From Thermodesulfobacteriota bacterium (lineage in GTDB: Bacteria; Desulfobacterota_D; UBA1144; Nemesobacterales; UBA2774), in the NCBI GenBank assembly GCA_965223335.1, contig OZ244991.1, forward strand, positions 1,952,001-2,016,000: DNA of 64,000 nucleotides. The letters are read 5' to 3'. A program made the translations under genes and the position numbers. Below, one piece after another: positions 54,428 through 64,000 of the stretch. How positions within the stretch are numbered: the first letter of the stretch is position 1; each line of letters starts with the position of its first letter. Under the pieces are notes generated by a model, which saw nothing but the letters and a program-made list of their open reading frames with translations, made no database searches and was not told where the DNA came from.

Positions 54428-55702
54428 TCATGGCTGTTTATTGTTTTTTGAGTTAGCCAGGGAGCGCTCTCGGGCCGTGCCCTCGGCGATTAGGTCCGGG
54501 ATAGAGGTGAAGGATATGCGCATGGGGGCCGATTGTTTGCCCTCGTACATAGAGCCGAAGTATATGCAGTCCGAGCCGTAACGTTCGTTTATTTTGTCGA
54601 GCGTGTGGGCGAGTGTGTTGCGCTTTTGTTCCTTTGGTAAAAGCGGAGGGGTGGTGTCGGGAGCGGGTGTGAGGTCGTATAGAGTGACCGCCGCACGTAG
54701 AGGTGTTCCGTTGGGTGGTCTCTGTTGCCAGAGCACCGAGAAGGCCTCGATCATGGTCTGGGTGTCTTGGCAACGCCCCAGTTTTACTGACCTCTCCCAG
54801 GTGTGGTGGCGGTCAAAGTAAGAGATCTGCACACCGAGTCTCCCCGCCCAGTACCCGAGTCTCCTTAGCCTTGTCGCGGCCTTGTGTATGAGTTTTATCA
54901 GTACGGACCGGGTTTTGCTCTGGGTCCTCATCTCGGGGGCAAGGACGTGGGAATGCCCCACGGTTCGTCTCTGGGTAGGGGGGTCCTCGATGTCGTGGCC
55001 CCTTAGTAGATGCCACCAGCGCTTGCCCAATACACTGCCCCATACGTCGAATATCTGGTCCTTAGAAAGCGCCCCGAGTTGCTCCACGGTGTTTATACTG
55101 CGTAGCCCTAGGCGTTTAACCATTGCGGGTCCGATGCCGGGGAGGTCGGACAGAGAGAGGGGGCGGAGCGCAGAGGCTATATTGTCCGGGGTTATTATGG
55201 TAAGGCCGTCGGGCTTTTTAAGATTGCTTGCCACCTTTGCAAGGAAACGGTTGGGGCCAAGCCCCACAGAGCAGTGCAGATGCGCCCCGACCCCGGTCCG
55301 TATAGCCTGTTTTATATCCCGGGCAATGGCTAGAGCGTTTAGGGGGTTTCTTTCTCTTCCCAGGAGCACACACGACATCTCGTCTATGGAGTGGACCTCG
55401 TTTATGGGCACAACATCTTTGACTACGGAGACGATCTCGTTGTGGACTTTGATGTAGATGGCGGGGCGTGACTCGACCAGCTCTAGGTCCGGGCAGAGGC
55501 TAAGCGCCTTTTTAACGCTCGTGCCGGTTTTAACCCCCTGTTTTTTGGCCTCGTAGCTGGCAGCTATGCAGCATGTGCCCTCGGTCATGACCGCTACGAC
55601 TGCTATGGGGCGCTCCCTAAGCTCGGGTCTAAGCTCTTGCTCGACCGAGGCGAAGTAAGAGTTCATGTCTAGAAAAAGCCACTTTACGCCAGCACTACCC
55701 AT
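54428..55702 (-). CDS. dinB: Y-family DNA polymerase (DinB/Pol IV-like)
   Basis: FLDMNSYFASVE, ASYEAK, SIDE, AKVAS..KPDG, LPGIG. Confidence 0.85.
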   Translation of the reverse strand: MGSAGVKWLFLDMNSYFASVEQELRPELRERPIAVVAVMTEGTCCIAASYEAKKQGVKTGTSVKKALSLCPDLELVESRPAIYIKVHNEIVSVVKDVVPINEVHSIDEMSCVLLGRERNPLNALAIARDIKQAIRTGVGAHLHCSVGLGPNRFLAKVASNLKKPDGLTIITPDNIASALRPLSLSDLPGIGPAMVKRLGLRSINTVEQLGALSKDQIFDVWGSVLGKRWWHLLRGHDIEDPPTQRRTVGHSHVLAPEMRTQSKTRSVLIKLIHKAATRLRRLGYWAGRLGVQISYFDRHHTWERSVKLGRCQDTQTMIEAFSVLWQQRPPNGTPLRAAVTLYDLTPAPDTTPPLLPKEQKRNTLAHTLDKINERYGSDCIYFGSMYEGKQSAPMRISFTSIPDLIAEGTARERSLANSKNNKQP

Positions 55703-55855
55703 TGTTAAGCCTATTATACATCGGGCCCCGAGACTGTTTAATAGGCGTTTTTATATCGGGGACGGTTTATATAGATATATTGGAAAGTAGGGTTAAAAAA
55801 AGAGAGAGAGGGTGTTAGAATGTGCTAGTATAATTGGGGGGGAGGGCTTAAAACT

Positions 55856-57109
55856 ATGGCCGATTACGAATTTGAGTATCTGATAGTCGGGGCGGGGGTA
55901 TTGGGATCGGCGTGCGCGTATGCGCTTTCAAAGAAGCTCGAGAGCAAGGGCAGGGGGGTGAGTATAGGTGTGGTGGACCTGGACCTCGAGGGTGAGTTCT
56001 CTTCCACGCTTAAAAACGCAGGGGGTGTGAGGGCTACATGGAGAAACAGGGCCAATATAGAGCTTTGTAAGTATTCGATAGATTTCTACGAGACTATAAA
56101 AGACGAGATCAGTTTTAATCAGAAGGGTTATTATTGGATGCACGGGGAGAGGTCGTGGGAGGAAATAAATAAAAACCACCTTATATATGAAGAATACGGG
56201 CTAGATGTTTCGCTGCACCGTACGCAAGAGATACCGGATTACCTGCCGTTTGTACATAATTTTAAGGGGATAGACGGGCTCTCGATATCGAGGACTGCCG
56301 GGCTCATAGATCATTATTCACTACGTGAATATTACAGAAAACAGGCTCGTTCTAGGGGGGTGGAGTTTTTAAATAGGCGGTATGTAAAGGATATTCATCT
56401 GAAAAACAATAGGGTGTATGAGCTTGAAGCCTATGATATGAGAAGTGTGCGGGGTGCGGCTAACATTGAGGCAGTGCTAAAGGACCCGGGCGCTGCTAAA
56501 CAGTACGGTGTAAATAAATACAGATGTGACGTGCTTATAAACACAGCAGGGGCCTGGGCGCCCTACATCTCGCTGCTATACGGGTTTGAGGACGAGATGA
56601 TAAAGCCACGCCGCCGTCAGATGGTAGTCATAAAATGCCCCGACATTGACCTCTCGGACTATGGGATGATTGTAGATACCTCGCTGGTCTATTTCCATAA
56701 GGAAGCCGAAAATATTTTAGCGGGCTACTCGAACATGGATGAGCCCTATGGCTATAACTTTGATTTCAGCTTCGGGGGCATGGATACAAACAGCGTGTTT
56801 GTAAAATACATTTGGGAACCGCTCTACGCTAGAATTAAGGATTTTGAGAGGGTAAAGCTGGTAAGGGGCTGGGCAGGGGTGTATGCGGAAACGCCCGACC
56901 GCTCGGGCTATATCGGCAGGGTGCCGGGGTTTGAGAACGTTTATGAGTGTGCAGGGCATACCGGCAGGGGGCTTATGATCTCGTACGGTGCGGGCAGTGC
57001 CATGGCAGAGCTTATTGTTGACGGGGAACTTGGTACAGAGCTAAGTAGAGCAGTGGATTTATCGCGTGAGCGGCCCTCTGGGAACCAGTACGAGGGACTT
57101 CACTTGTAG
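55856..57109 (+). CDS. FAD-dependent oxidoreductase (DAO/sarcosine oxidase beta-like)
   Basis: IVGAGVLG, NAGG, NTAGAWA, WAGVY..TPD, GHTGRG. Confidence 0.82.
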   Translation: MADYEFEYLIVGAGVLGSACAYALSKKLESKGRGVSIGVVDLDLEGEFSSTLKNAGGVRATWRNRANIELCKYSIDFYETIKDEISFNQKGYYWMHGERSWEEINKNHLIYEEYGLDVSLHRTQEIPDYLPFVHNFKGIDGLSISRTAGLIDHYSLREYYRKQARSRGVEFLNRRYVKDIHLKNNRVYELEAYDMRSVRGAANIEAVLKDPGAAKQYGVNKYRCDVLINTAGAWAPYISLLYGFEDEMIKPRRRQMVVIKCPDIDLSDYGMIVDTSLVYFHKEAENILAGYSNMDEPYGYNFDFSFGGMDTNSVFVKYIWEPLYARIKDFERVKLVRGWAGVYAETPDRSGYIGRVPGFENVYECAGHTGRGLMISYGAGSAMAELIVDGELGTELSRAVDLSRERPSGNQYEGLHL

Positions 57110-57123
57110 ATCCGTGCCGCAAA

Positions 57124-57444
57124 TTAGATCTCTATCTTTATGGAATCTCCATCCAATACCACATTATAAGCGCTCACACCCTCTTCGGCTGGGGGAGACA
57201 GGGCATCGCCGGTCTTTATGCTGAACTCGGCTCCGTGCCAGGGGCATATTACGTTGTCTCCTTCAATCTCACCCTCGCATAAGGGGCCGCCTACATGAGA
57301 GCACTCGTTGTCGATTGCATAGTACTCGCCGTCACAGTTAAAAAGTGCGATCTCTTTATCCTCTATCTCTATTAACTTTGCAGTGCCGGGTTCTATCTCG
57401 CCCACCTTTGCTACTTCTACCAAATTTCCCATATTATTACCCAT
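57124..57444 (-). CDS. Rieske 2Fe-2S ferredoxin
   Basis: CSH...CPWHG Rieske motifs; start could instead be 57432. Confidence 0.88.
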   Translation of the reverse strand: MGNNMGNLVEVAKVGEIEPGTAKLIEIEDKEIALFNCDGEYYAIDNECSHVGGPLCEGEIEGDNVICPWHGAEFSIKTGDALSPPAEEGVSAYNVVLDGDSIKIEI

Positions 57445-57519
57445 CCTCTGAGAGTTTATAGTTTTATATCTTGTTTTAGCGATTTATGCAAGGGGGCGCG
57501 TAAGGCTTGTAACTCATTG

Positions 57520-57837
57520 TTAATAATCAAGAAACTCTATGGCTTCTTCGAATTCCTCGGCCATAGTGGGGTGGCCGTGTTTTGTTGCCGCTTCTATGCC
57601 TTTTTTGTAGGCGGCTTTTGCGTTATCAGTGTCTCCCAACTCTGTATGGCATTGTGCCAGCATACGGTAAGCAGCACCTTCGTCGTCTTTTATACCGAGG
57701 TATTTGTTGAGCTGAGCTACAGCTTCATCGAACATCTTGAGTTTAAAATACTCGTTTGCAAGCCCATATCTGGCGAGCGGGTTCTCGGGGTCTTTATTTA
57801 CCATTGCCTTGAGCATCTCAAGTTTGTTATCGGCCAT
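57520..57837 (-). CDS. Tetratricopeptide repeat protein
   Basis: DPENPLARYGLANEY, AAYRMLAQC, AKAAYKKGI TPR pattern. Confidence 0.8.
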   Translation of the reverse strand: MADNKLEMLKAMVNKDPENPLARYGLANEYFKLKMFDEAVAQLNKYLGIKDDEGAAYRMLAQCHTELGDTDNAKAAYKKGIEAATKHGHPTMAEEFEEAIEFLDY

Positions 57838-57973
57838 ATTGCTAATATGAATTCATAATTTTGGTTTCGATCAATTCGGTTAAGTTTATATATTATATGG
57901 AACTAGACTAGTTGTTACAATTATAAACATTGTCTAAGTGGCTTATATATACATATCATATTGTCTTGTTTTG

Positions 57974-58003
57974 TTGACAATATTTACTGCTTGGTGATAT
58001 TAT
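57974..58003 (+). promoter_or_regulatory. Putative sigma70 promoter
   Basis: TTGACA-N18-TATTAT with TG at the extended -10 position. Confidence 0.5.
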
Positions 58004-58050
58004 TCAGTTATTTACGAGAGTTCCAATGCTGTCTTAAAGGAGGATGTTAT

Positions 58051-58992
58051 ATGAGAAGGCTAGGGATAGTCGCAGCGATTAACCTTGTTTTATTGATTGG
58101 GTCCGTTTTCTTAATTGTGTCGTGTGGTAACAGCAACCGAGGAAATAATAACGGGACTATTAACGGCAGGGTGCTGGATGTGTTTTCTCTCGTTAAGTAC
58201 ACACCTACTAGGGAAAAATCAGTCTTTGAAAAGTTTAAAACCGTATTAAATCCTATACCGGACGCGAGAGCTCAAACCGGTGTGCCCGGTATCGAGGTGC
58301 AGTTGATAAGCCCCGAGGGTTTTATCCAGGCTACCACGGTTACAGGTAACGATGGGAACTTCAATTTCTCGAGGGTTGAGGCACGTAACAACTATGAGAT
58401 AAGGTTTCTTACCTCGCCCGCACTATCGATAATTATAGATGTTGTGAAGAACAGCAATGTCATATTGGATGTTGACCTTAACCTGATAGGGCAGAGTGTG
58501 ATAATTGAGAATTATGAATTTGTAGTGAACAGGCCTATAACTCTTGTAGCCAATGAGACGTTTGTATTGGATGACAGTCGAATTACACGCTTTTCTGTAA
58601 ACGGGCAGGCAGGCCGCTCGTGCATAAGGGCTACGGACTTTACAGTAGTGGATATAGATGTCGGCGGCTCGATAGAGATGATTGGTTGTCAAGACGCAGT
58701 AGTGGGGCTCAAAAGGTCTGATATAAGTCTTAGTGCTGACGGTATCATGACAATTTTAATCAGTGCTAACCAGTTTGGCATTATCGGGGAAGGCGACACG
58801 GTGATTGTTCTTGACAGCCCCGATATAAGAGTGACCGGGGGCCAGACGGGCATATTCGCAAGGAATAATGCTGTTGTATCGCTTTTGTTTTCTGACACCT
58901 GCATAGTGGAGGGTTTACAAAATATTGCGGTGGAGACTCTTGGGCTTGCGGATGTTAATGTAGAGGGCTGCACGCTTATAGACGGGATATAG
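58051..58992 (+). CDS. Hypothetical lipoprotein (carboxypeptidase-regulatory-like domain plus beta-rich C-terminus)
   Basis: AAGGAGG RBS then MRRLG..., IVSCG lipobox; T.T..DGNFNF motif. Confidence 0.65.
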   Translation: MRRLGIVAAINLVLLIGSVFLIVSCGNSNRGNNNGTINGRVLDVFSLVKYTPTREKSVFEKFKTVLNPIPDARAQTGVPGIEVQLISPEGFIQATTVTGNDGNFNFSRVEARNNYEIRFLTSPALSIIIDVVKNSNVILDVDLNLIGQSVIIENYEFVVNRPITLVANETFVLDDSRITRFSVNGQAGRSCIRATDFTVVDIDVGGSIEMIGCQDAVVGLKRSDISLSADGIMTILISANQFGIIGEGDTVIVLDSPDIRVTGGQTGIFARNNAVVSLLFSDTCIVEGLQNIAVETLGLADVNVEGCTLIDGI

Positions 58993-59109
58993 AAGAGTCT
59001 CGGTCTAGTGACATTTCAGCTAATTCTGATAGTATAAAACCGTCTTAAAAAATAGCCGTTTCGTGGTTATTAACCTATTCTTATATTTAACACAATTATA
59101 CATTGGCGG

Positions 59110-59646
59110 TTGTTCATGTTTACTAGTATTTTAAGGTTTTTATATAATTTGGTTGCCGTGAAGCAGTATCTGTTGTTTTCGGGGCTCTTCTTTGTAATGA
59201 CCGCTGTTGTAATGATTTATACAGACCACCTGCTACGTCCATCGGGCTGCCCCGGGCCGTTTTCACTCCAGCTGGCTTTTACGCTCGATAAGTTCAACGA
59301 TATTCTACGGGCCTGTGGGGAGAAGGGCGTACGCTACCATCTCATAATCCTTTGGATTGATTATATATTTTTGCTGGCCTACAGCGGATTCTTGGCAAAC
59401 CTGGTCGGCTCACTCGTGCCTAGGGAGGATGAAGGGTGGGCCCTCAAACTATTTTCGTTACCTGTAATTGCCGGGGTACTGGATATTGTTGAAAACACCT
59501 TGTTGCTTGTATTGGTTCAAAATCCTTTATGGGCATCTACGGCAGCAATAACATTTGTGTCGTTGATTGCGTTAATTAAATTCCTATGTGTAATCCTTAG
59601 CATTCTAGTAATTATCTATTATCTCTACCGATTGGTTGCGGATTAG
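59110..59646 (+). CDS. Hypothetical membrane protein
   Basis: About 4 TM segments, SLQLAF, DYIF..Y, DIVEN motif; start uncertain. Confidence 0.6.
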   Translation: MFMFTSILRFLYNLVAVKQYLLFSGLFFVMTAVVMIYTDHLLRPSGCPGPFSLQLAFTLDKFNDILRACGEKGVRYHLIILWIDYIFLLAYSGFLANLVGSLVPREDEGWALKLFSLPVIAGVLDIVENTLLLVLVQNPLWASTAAITFVSLIALIKFLCVILSILVIIYYLYRLVAD

Positions 59647-60752
59647 TTGTTCTTACCCGAGTAAGTGATCTTGTAGATCTTGCCGGCTTTATCATCCGAT
59701 ACATATAGCCCACCGTCTTGGGATGTTACAACATCGACTGGTCTGCCCCATGCAACCTTGTCATTTACAAGCCACCCCGAGGCAAAGTCTTGTAAGTCCT
59801 TAGGTTTGTTGCCGTCCATTTTGATGCGTACGACTTTGTAACCTGTTGGGACTGAGCGGTTCCATGACCCGTGGTACGCGACAAAAAGATCACCCTTGTA
59901 CTTGCTGGGGAACATATCACCCGTGTAGAATTCGAGGCCGAGTGGGGCTGAGTGCGCCTGTAGTTTATATACGGGGTCAACAGTGGACTCGCAGCGGGCT
60001 TTATCGTCATATTTGGGGTCGGGTATATTATCCCCATAACAGTAAGGCCAGCCATAGTCTTTTTTATCTTTGACGATGTTGATTTCGTCGGGCGGCAGGT
60101 CGTCGCCCAACCAGTCGCGTCCATTGTCCGTTGCCCACATTTCCCCTGTATCGGGATGAAATCTAATGCCTACAGAGTTTCTAAGCCCCTTGGCATACAC
60201 CCTGCCGTTAGAGCCATCCGGATCATACTGCATTATAGTCGCACGTGTTTCGTTGCGCTCTTCACAAACATTGCAGGACGAGCCGATCGAGACATACATC
60301 TTTCCATCGTCCCCAAAACCAACCGTGCGCGTGAAGTGGCCCTTTGTGGGGATATCGGGGATTAATATCTCTTTTCGGCCCGGTTTCTTTTGGTATCCAT
60401 CGTATTTAAAGCGTACGATCTGGTCTATTTCTCCTATATATAAGTAGCCGTCGTGAAAAGCGATACCGTGGGGTCTCTTGAGATCGTCCAGATATATAAC
60501 CGCACTGTCCGCCGTGTTTTTGTCTTTTGTGGAGGGTAGTGCGAGTACACGACCACCTGTAATATCCGTTGTAAACAGCACTCCATCGGGGCTAAGAGCC
60601 ATGAATCTGGGTGATCCCAGGTCACCTGCAAACTCGTTTATCTTGAATCCGGACGGCAGATCAACATTGATCTCAGATGCATATATTGGTACGGATAATA
60701 TATTAATAATAACAGTAAATAACAATACATAGCTAATGTTGTGCTTTACCAT
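59643..60752 (-). CDS. PQQ-dependent sugar/sorbosone dehydrogenase family protein
   Basis: Signal peptide; GLRNSVG, DNGRD, PPDEIN, YGWPY, HSAPLG, HGSWNR, GRPVDV. Confidence 0.88.
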   Translation of the reverse strand: MVKHNISYVLLFTVIINILSVPIYASEINVDLPSGFKINEFAGDLGSPRFMALSPDGVLFTTDITGGRVLALPSTKDKNTADSAVIYLDDLKRPHGIAFHDGYLYIGEIDQIVRFKYDGYQKKPGRKEILIPDIPTKGHFTRTVGFGDDGKMYVSIGSSCNVCEERNETRATIMQYDPDGSNGRVYAKGLRNSVGIRFHPDTGEMWATDNGRDWLGDDLPPDEINIVKDKKDYGWPYCYGDNIPDPKYDDKARCESTVDPVYKLQAHSAPLGLEFYTGDMFPSKYKGDLFVAYHGSWNRSVPTGYKVVRIKMDGNKPKDLQDFASGWLVNDKVAWGRPVDVVTSQDGGLYVSDDKAGKIYKITYSGKNN

Positions 60753-60779
60753 AGATAGCTCTCCGAAAATAGTATCAAT

Positions 60780-61433
60780 CTATTGTATCAACTTTTTTCC
60801 GAACACGTCTGAGAAGGATTTAATAACACTATTTTCTACATCTGACATATTTATATCATGATCTGTTTTTACCCAGTCTTTAATCGATGTCATCTGAACC
60901 TGGTCAAGCCCGCAAGGGATGATCATATCGAAAAATGAGAGGTCTGTATTGACGTTTAATGCAAAGCCGTGATATGTGACCCATCTCTTGATACCCACAC
61001 CGATAGAAGCAATCTTGCGGCGTTTTACCCACACGCCCACAACACCGTCGAGTCTGCGTGCCTGGATGTCAAAATCGCTGAGCGTCCGAACAATGGTGTT
61101 CTCAAGGTTAGTTACGTATTTTCTGACGTCGCGTCTCATGAGTTTTAGATCCATGATGGGGTAGCCGACAAGTTGACCCGGGCCGTGAAATGTGATGTCG
61201 CCTCCGCGTCCAATTCTCTCGAAATGTATACCCTTTTGGTCTAAGTACTCTTTGCTTGCAAGCAGGTTATGGGCCTTGCCGCTGCGCCCGATGGTGATGG
61301 TGGGGGGGTGTTGGAGGAGTAGGAGAGTGTCGGGGATGGAGCCTTGTTGCCGCTGTTTAAGGAGTGACATCTGTAGATCGAGGGCCTCGGTATAAGGTAC
61401 CGTGCCGAGTTTAATAAGACGCACACTGCTCAT
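60780..61433 (-). CDS. lipB: Lipoyl(octanoyl) transferase
   Basis: LQHPP..T.G, RGGDITFHGPGQLVGYP, KIASIG, HGFALN, IPCG. Confidence 0.95.
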   Translation of the reverse strand: MSSVRLIKLGTVPYTEALDLQMSLLKQRQQGSIPDTLLLLQHPPTITIGRSGKAHNLLASKEYLDQKGIHFERIGRGGDITFHGPGQLVGYPIMDLKLMRRDVRKYVTNLENTIVRTLSDFDIQARRLDGVVGVWVKRRKIASIGVGIKRWVTYHGFALNVNTDLSFFDMIIPCGLDQVQMTSIKDWVKTDHDINMSDVENSVIKSFSDVFGKKLIQ

Positions 61434-61463
61434 AAATATATTATGCCTGGATGATAGTGGGAA

Positions 61464-62906
61464 TTATATATTTCTGGCCCGGCCGAGTGCGGCAAGCGCC
61501 GCTTCCATGACTGCTTCGGATAGTGTGGGGTGTGCGTGTGATGTAATAGCGATCTCAAGGGGTGTGGACTCGAGTGTACGGGCTACAGCTATCTCGCCAA
61601 TTAGCTCCGTAGCGCCGTGCCCTATGATATGGGCACCCAGGATCTCGCCAGTGTCCTTGTTGGAAAGTATTTTAACAAAGCCGTCTGTTTCCCCTGTACC
61701 GACTGCTTTGCCGGCTGCCTTAAAGGGGAACTTGCCTACACTATAGTTATGGTTTTGGCTCTTTAGCTCTTGTTCTGTGTGTCCGAGCATCGCTATTTCG
61801 GGCTGGCAGTACACACATCCAGGGATGTTGTTGTAGTGAACCCTGGTATTTTGCCCTGCCATCCTCTCTACGGCTACTACACCCTCTTCCGAGGCTTTGT
61901 GGGCCAGTAGCGGGGGGCCGATAACGTCACCAATGGCAAAAATATTGTCTTTTGTGGTCCTGTATGATTCGTCGGTTTTGATAAATCCGCGTTCATCGAC
62001 CTCGACACCGACCTCACTGAGCCCAATGTCTTTGGATTTTTTGTAGTAGCTAAACGATGATGGGGCGTCGTTTGCTACCGGTCTGCGTCCTATTGCCACC
62101 AAGACCATATCTGCGGGGATTGAGGACTCTTTTTCACTATCGATGTTCTCTACTATGACCTCAACTCCTGACTTTTTCTTTTTAATCTCTTTGTATTTGG
62201 TTTTGGTAAAGATATCGAGCCCGCTCTTTTTGAACAGTCGGCCGAGCTCTTTGGAAATATCCTGGTCTGCGCCTGGTACCAGGCTATCCATCATCTCCAC
62301 AATGGTTACTTTGCTTCCGAACGAGTTGTATACATATGCGAACTCAACACCTATGTAACCGCCGCCTATGATGACAACGGACTTGGGTACCTCTCGGTGC
62401 ATTATGGCCTCGTCGCTGGTCATAACGACTTTGCCGTCGATATCTAGCCCGGGGAGTGTTATGGGGACTGACCCGGTGGCGATTAGAATTTTGTCGGAGG
62501 ATATCTCTAGCTCGCCGGATTCGCCTTTAATACCCACGTTATTGGGGGTGATTATCCTGCCCACACCTTGGAAGAATTTCACCTTATTTTTTTTGAATAG
62601 GTACTCAACACCTTTGTTTAGGGTGGATGAGGCATTTCTACTCTTATCGATCACCTTGCCGTAATCATAGCTGAGGCCCTTATGCGTGATGCCGAAGTTT
62701 TCCGAGTGCTGGAAGTATTGATATACCTCGGCGCTCTTTAGTATGGATTTCGATGGTATGCAGCCCCAGTTAAGACATACACCTCCGGGTCTGTCCCGCT
62801 CTATAATTGCGACGTTCATCCCCAATTGAGACGCCCTTACTGCTGCAATGTACCCACCGGGGCCTGAACCTATAATTGTAAGATCAAATTTGTCCATTGA
62901 TGCCAT
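61464..62906 (-). CDS. lpdA: Dihydrolipoyl dehydrogenase
   Basis: GSGPGG, GGVCLNWGCIPSK, GGGYIG, HAHPTLSE. Confidence 0.95.
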   Translation of the reverse strand: MASMDKFDLTIIGSGPGGYIAAVRASQLGMNVAIIERDRPGGVCLNWGCIPSKSILKSAEVYQYFQHSENFGITHKGLSYDYGKVIDKSRNASSTLNKGVEYLFKKNKVKFFQGVGRIITPNNVGIKGESGELEISSDKILIATGSVPITLPGLDIDGKVVMTSDEAIMHREVPKSVVIIGGGYIGVEFAYVYNSFGSKVTIVEMMDSLVPGADQDISKELGRLFKKSGLDIFTKTKYKEIKKKKSGVEVIVENIDSEKESSIPADMVLVAIGRRPVANDAPSSFSYYKKSKDIGLSEVGVEVDERGFIKTDESYRTTKDNIFAIGDVIGPPLLAHKASEEGVVAVERMAGQNTRVHYNNIPGCVYCQPEIAMLGHTEQELKSQNHNYSVGKFPFKAAGKAVGTGETDGFVKILSNKDTGEILGAHIIGHGATELIGEIAVARTLESTPLEIAITSHAHPTLSEAVMEAALAALGRARNI

Positions 62907-62988
62907 TATATATTTTCAGAGGTCAGTGTCAATCATTACACTTAGAATAGGGGTATATTAAAAGACACTTGAACTGTATATTTACAAA

Positions 62989-63018
62989 TTGACTAGCCTT
63001 GCCCGTGTGCGATACAAT
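62989..63018 (+). promoter_or_regulatory. Putative sigma70 promoter of aceE
   Basis: TTGACT-N18-TACAAT. Confidence 0.5.
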
Positions 63019-63061
63019 TTAATAGAGGCATAGTTAATAAACATAACGCTTGTGGGCTGAC

Positions 63062-64000
63062 ATGCACCAAAAAACCGAAAAGACCAAAAAACAGATTGAG
63101 CAGGAGGAGTTGGAAACCAAGGAATGGTTCGACTCGCTCGACTATGTGCTTGAAACCGGCGGGCCCGAGAGGGTAAGCAAGCTAATAAAAAAACTCCAGA
63201 TCCATGCTCAAAAGAAAGGGGTGAGACTCCATTTCACAGCCAATACCCCTTACATAAACACGATTCCTGTTGATAAACAGGTGCCGTACCCCGGGGACCA
63301 AGACATCGAGCGGCGGATAAGGAGCCTTATACGCTGGAACGCCATGGCTATGGTCGTGCGCGCAAACAAGCTTGAGGACGGGATAGGGGGGCACATATCC
63401 ACATACGCCTCGGCCGCGACATTATTCGAAGTGGCGTTTAACCATTTCCTAAGGGCGCGCAGTGATAACCATGAAGGTGACATTGTTTATTTCCAGGGCC
63501 ATGCTGCACCCGGTATTTATGCCCGTGCGTACCTTGAGGGAAGGCTTACTATAGAGAATCTGCAGAATTTTAGACGGGAGCTTAGACCTGAGGGCGGGTT
63601 GTCGTCGTACCCACACCCCTGGCTTATGCCGGATTTCTGGCAGTTCCCCACTGTATCGATGGGCCTAAGCCCGATAATGGCCATATACCAGGCGCGTTTT
63701 AACCGGTTCCTTGAGGACAGGGGATTAAAGGAGGAGTCGGACGCAAAGGTATGGGCATTCCTTGGGGACGGTGAGACGGATGAGCCCGAATCTTTGGGGG
63801 CTATAACGCTGGCGTCGAGGGAAAAGCTGGACAATCTCATCTTTGTGGTCAACTGCAACCTGCAGAGGCTTGACGGCCCGGTGAGGGGTAACGGCAAGAT
63901 CATACAGGAACTGGAGTCAATATTCCGCGGAGCAGGGTGGAACGTGATAAAAGTAATCTGGGGTAACGATTGGGACCCTCTGTTAAAAGCCGATAAGGAC
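63062..64000 (+). CDS. aceE: Pyruvate dehydrogenase E1, homodimeric type (runs off the window end)
   Basis: Hand translation from ATG 63062: [51 protein letters not shown]; absent from the ORF track because there is no stop in the window. Confidence 0.93.
   Translation, partial: MHQKTEKTKKQIEQEELETKEWFDSLDYVLETGGPERVSKLIKKLQIHAQKKGVRLHFTANTPYINTIPVDKQVPYPGDQDIERRIRSLIRWNAMAMVVRANKLEDGIGGHISTYASAATLFEVAFNHFLRARSDNHEGDIVYFQGHAAPGIYARAYLEGRLTIENLQNFRRELRPEGGLSSYPHPWLMPDFWQFPTVSMGLSPIMAIYQARFNRFLEDRGLKEESDAKVWAFLGDGETDEPESLGAITLASREKLDNLIFVVNCNLQRLDGPVRGNGKIIQELESIFRGAGWNVIKVIWGNDWDPLLKADKD

Noticed and set aside
57517..57858. 113-aa plus-strand ORF
   Set aside because: It is the antisense shadow of the TPR protein gene.

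Overview
A gene-dense bacterial chromosome segment, mostly housekeeping; the lineage is possibly deltaproteobacteria-like (e.g. Dadabacteria), which is inference only. In order it holds a Yej/Opp-type peptide ABC transporter, yceD-rpmF-fabD-fabG-acpP-fabF, a TCA cluster (acnA, icd, mdh, mycobacterial Sdh1-type succinate dehydrogenase, sucC), rpoH-dnaK, rpmE, an EF-G paralog, ppx, grpE-dnaK2-dnaJ, a thrC-like gene with a sulfur-carrier protein, gloB and metH. After these come hemB, glnS, cdsA, an Mla/Mce-type ABC system, dinB, lipB-lpdA and a truncated aceE. The highlight is a minus-strand lasso peptide (RiPP) cluster at 35313-41042: RRE B1, peptidase B2, HPr-kinase-like kinase, cyclase C, precursor A, SAM methyltransferase and nucleotidyltransferase. 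Its 52-aa precursor (37443-37601) is missing from the ORF track and was read by hand. It has a textbook YxxPxL...Gx5T leader and a predicted core KTGPFSDSSPQNPSRPN. That implies an atypical Lys1 start, a 7-residue Lys1-Asp7 ring and no C-terminal Ser for the kinase/nucleotidyltransferase pair. No exporter lies in the cluster. No rRNA, tRNA, CRISPR array or mobile element was recognised. All calls are by eye from motifs, without database searches.
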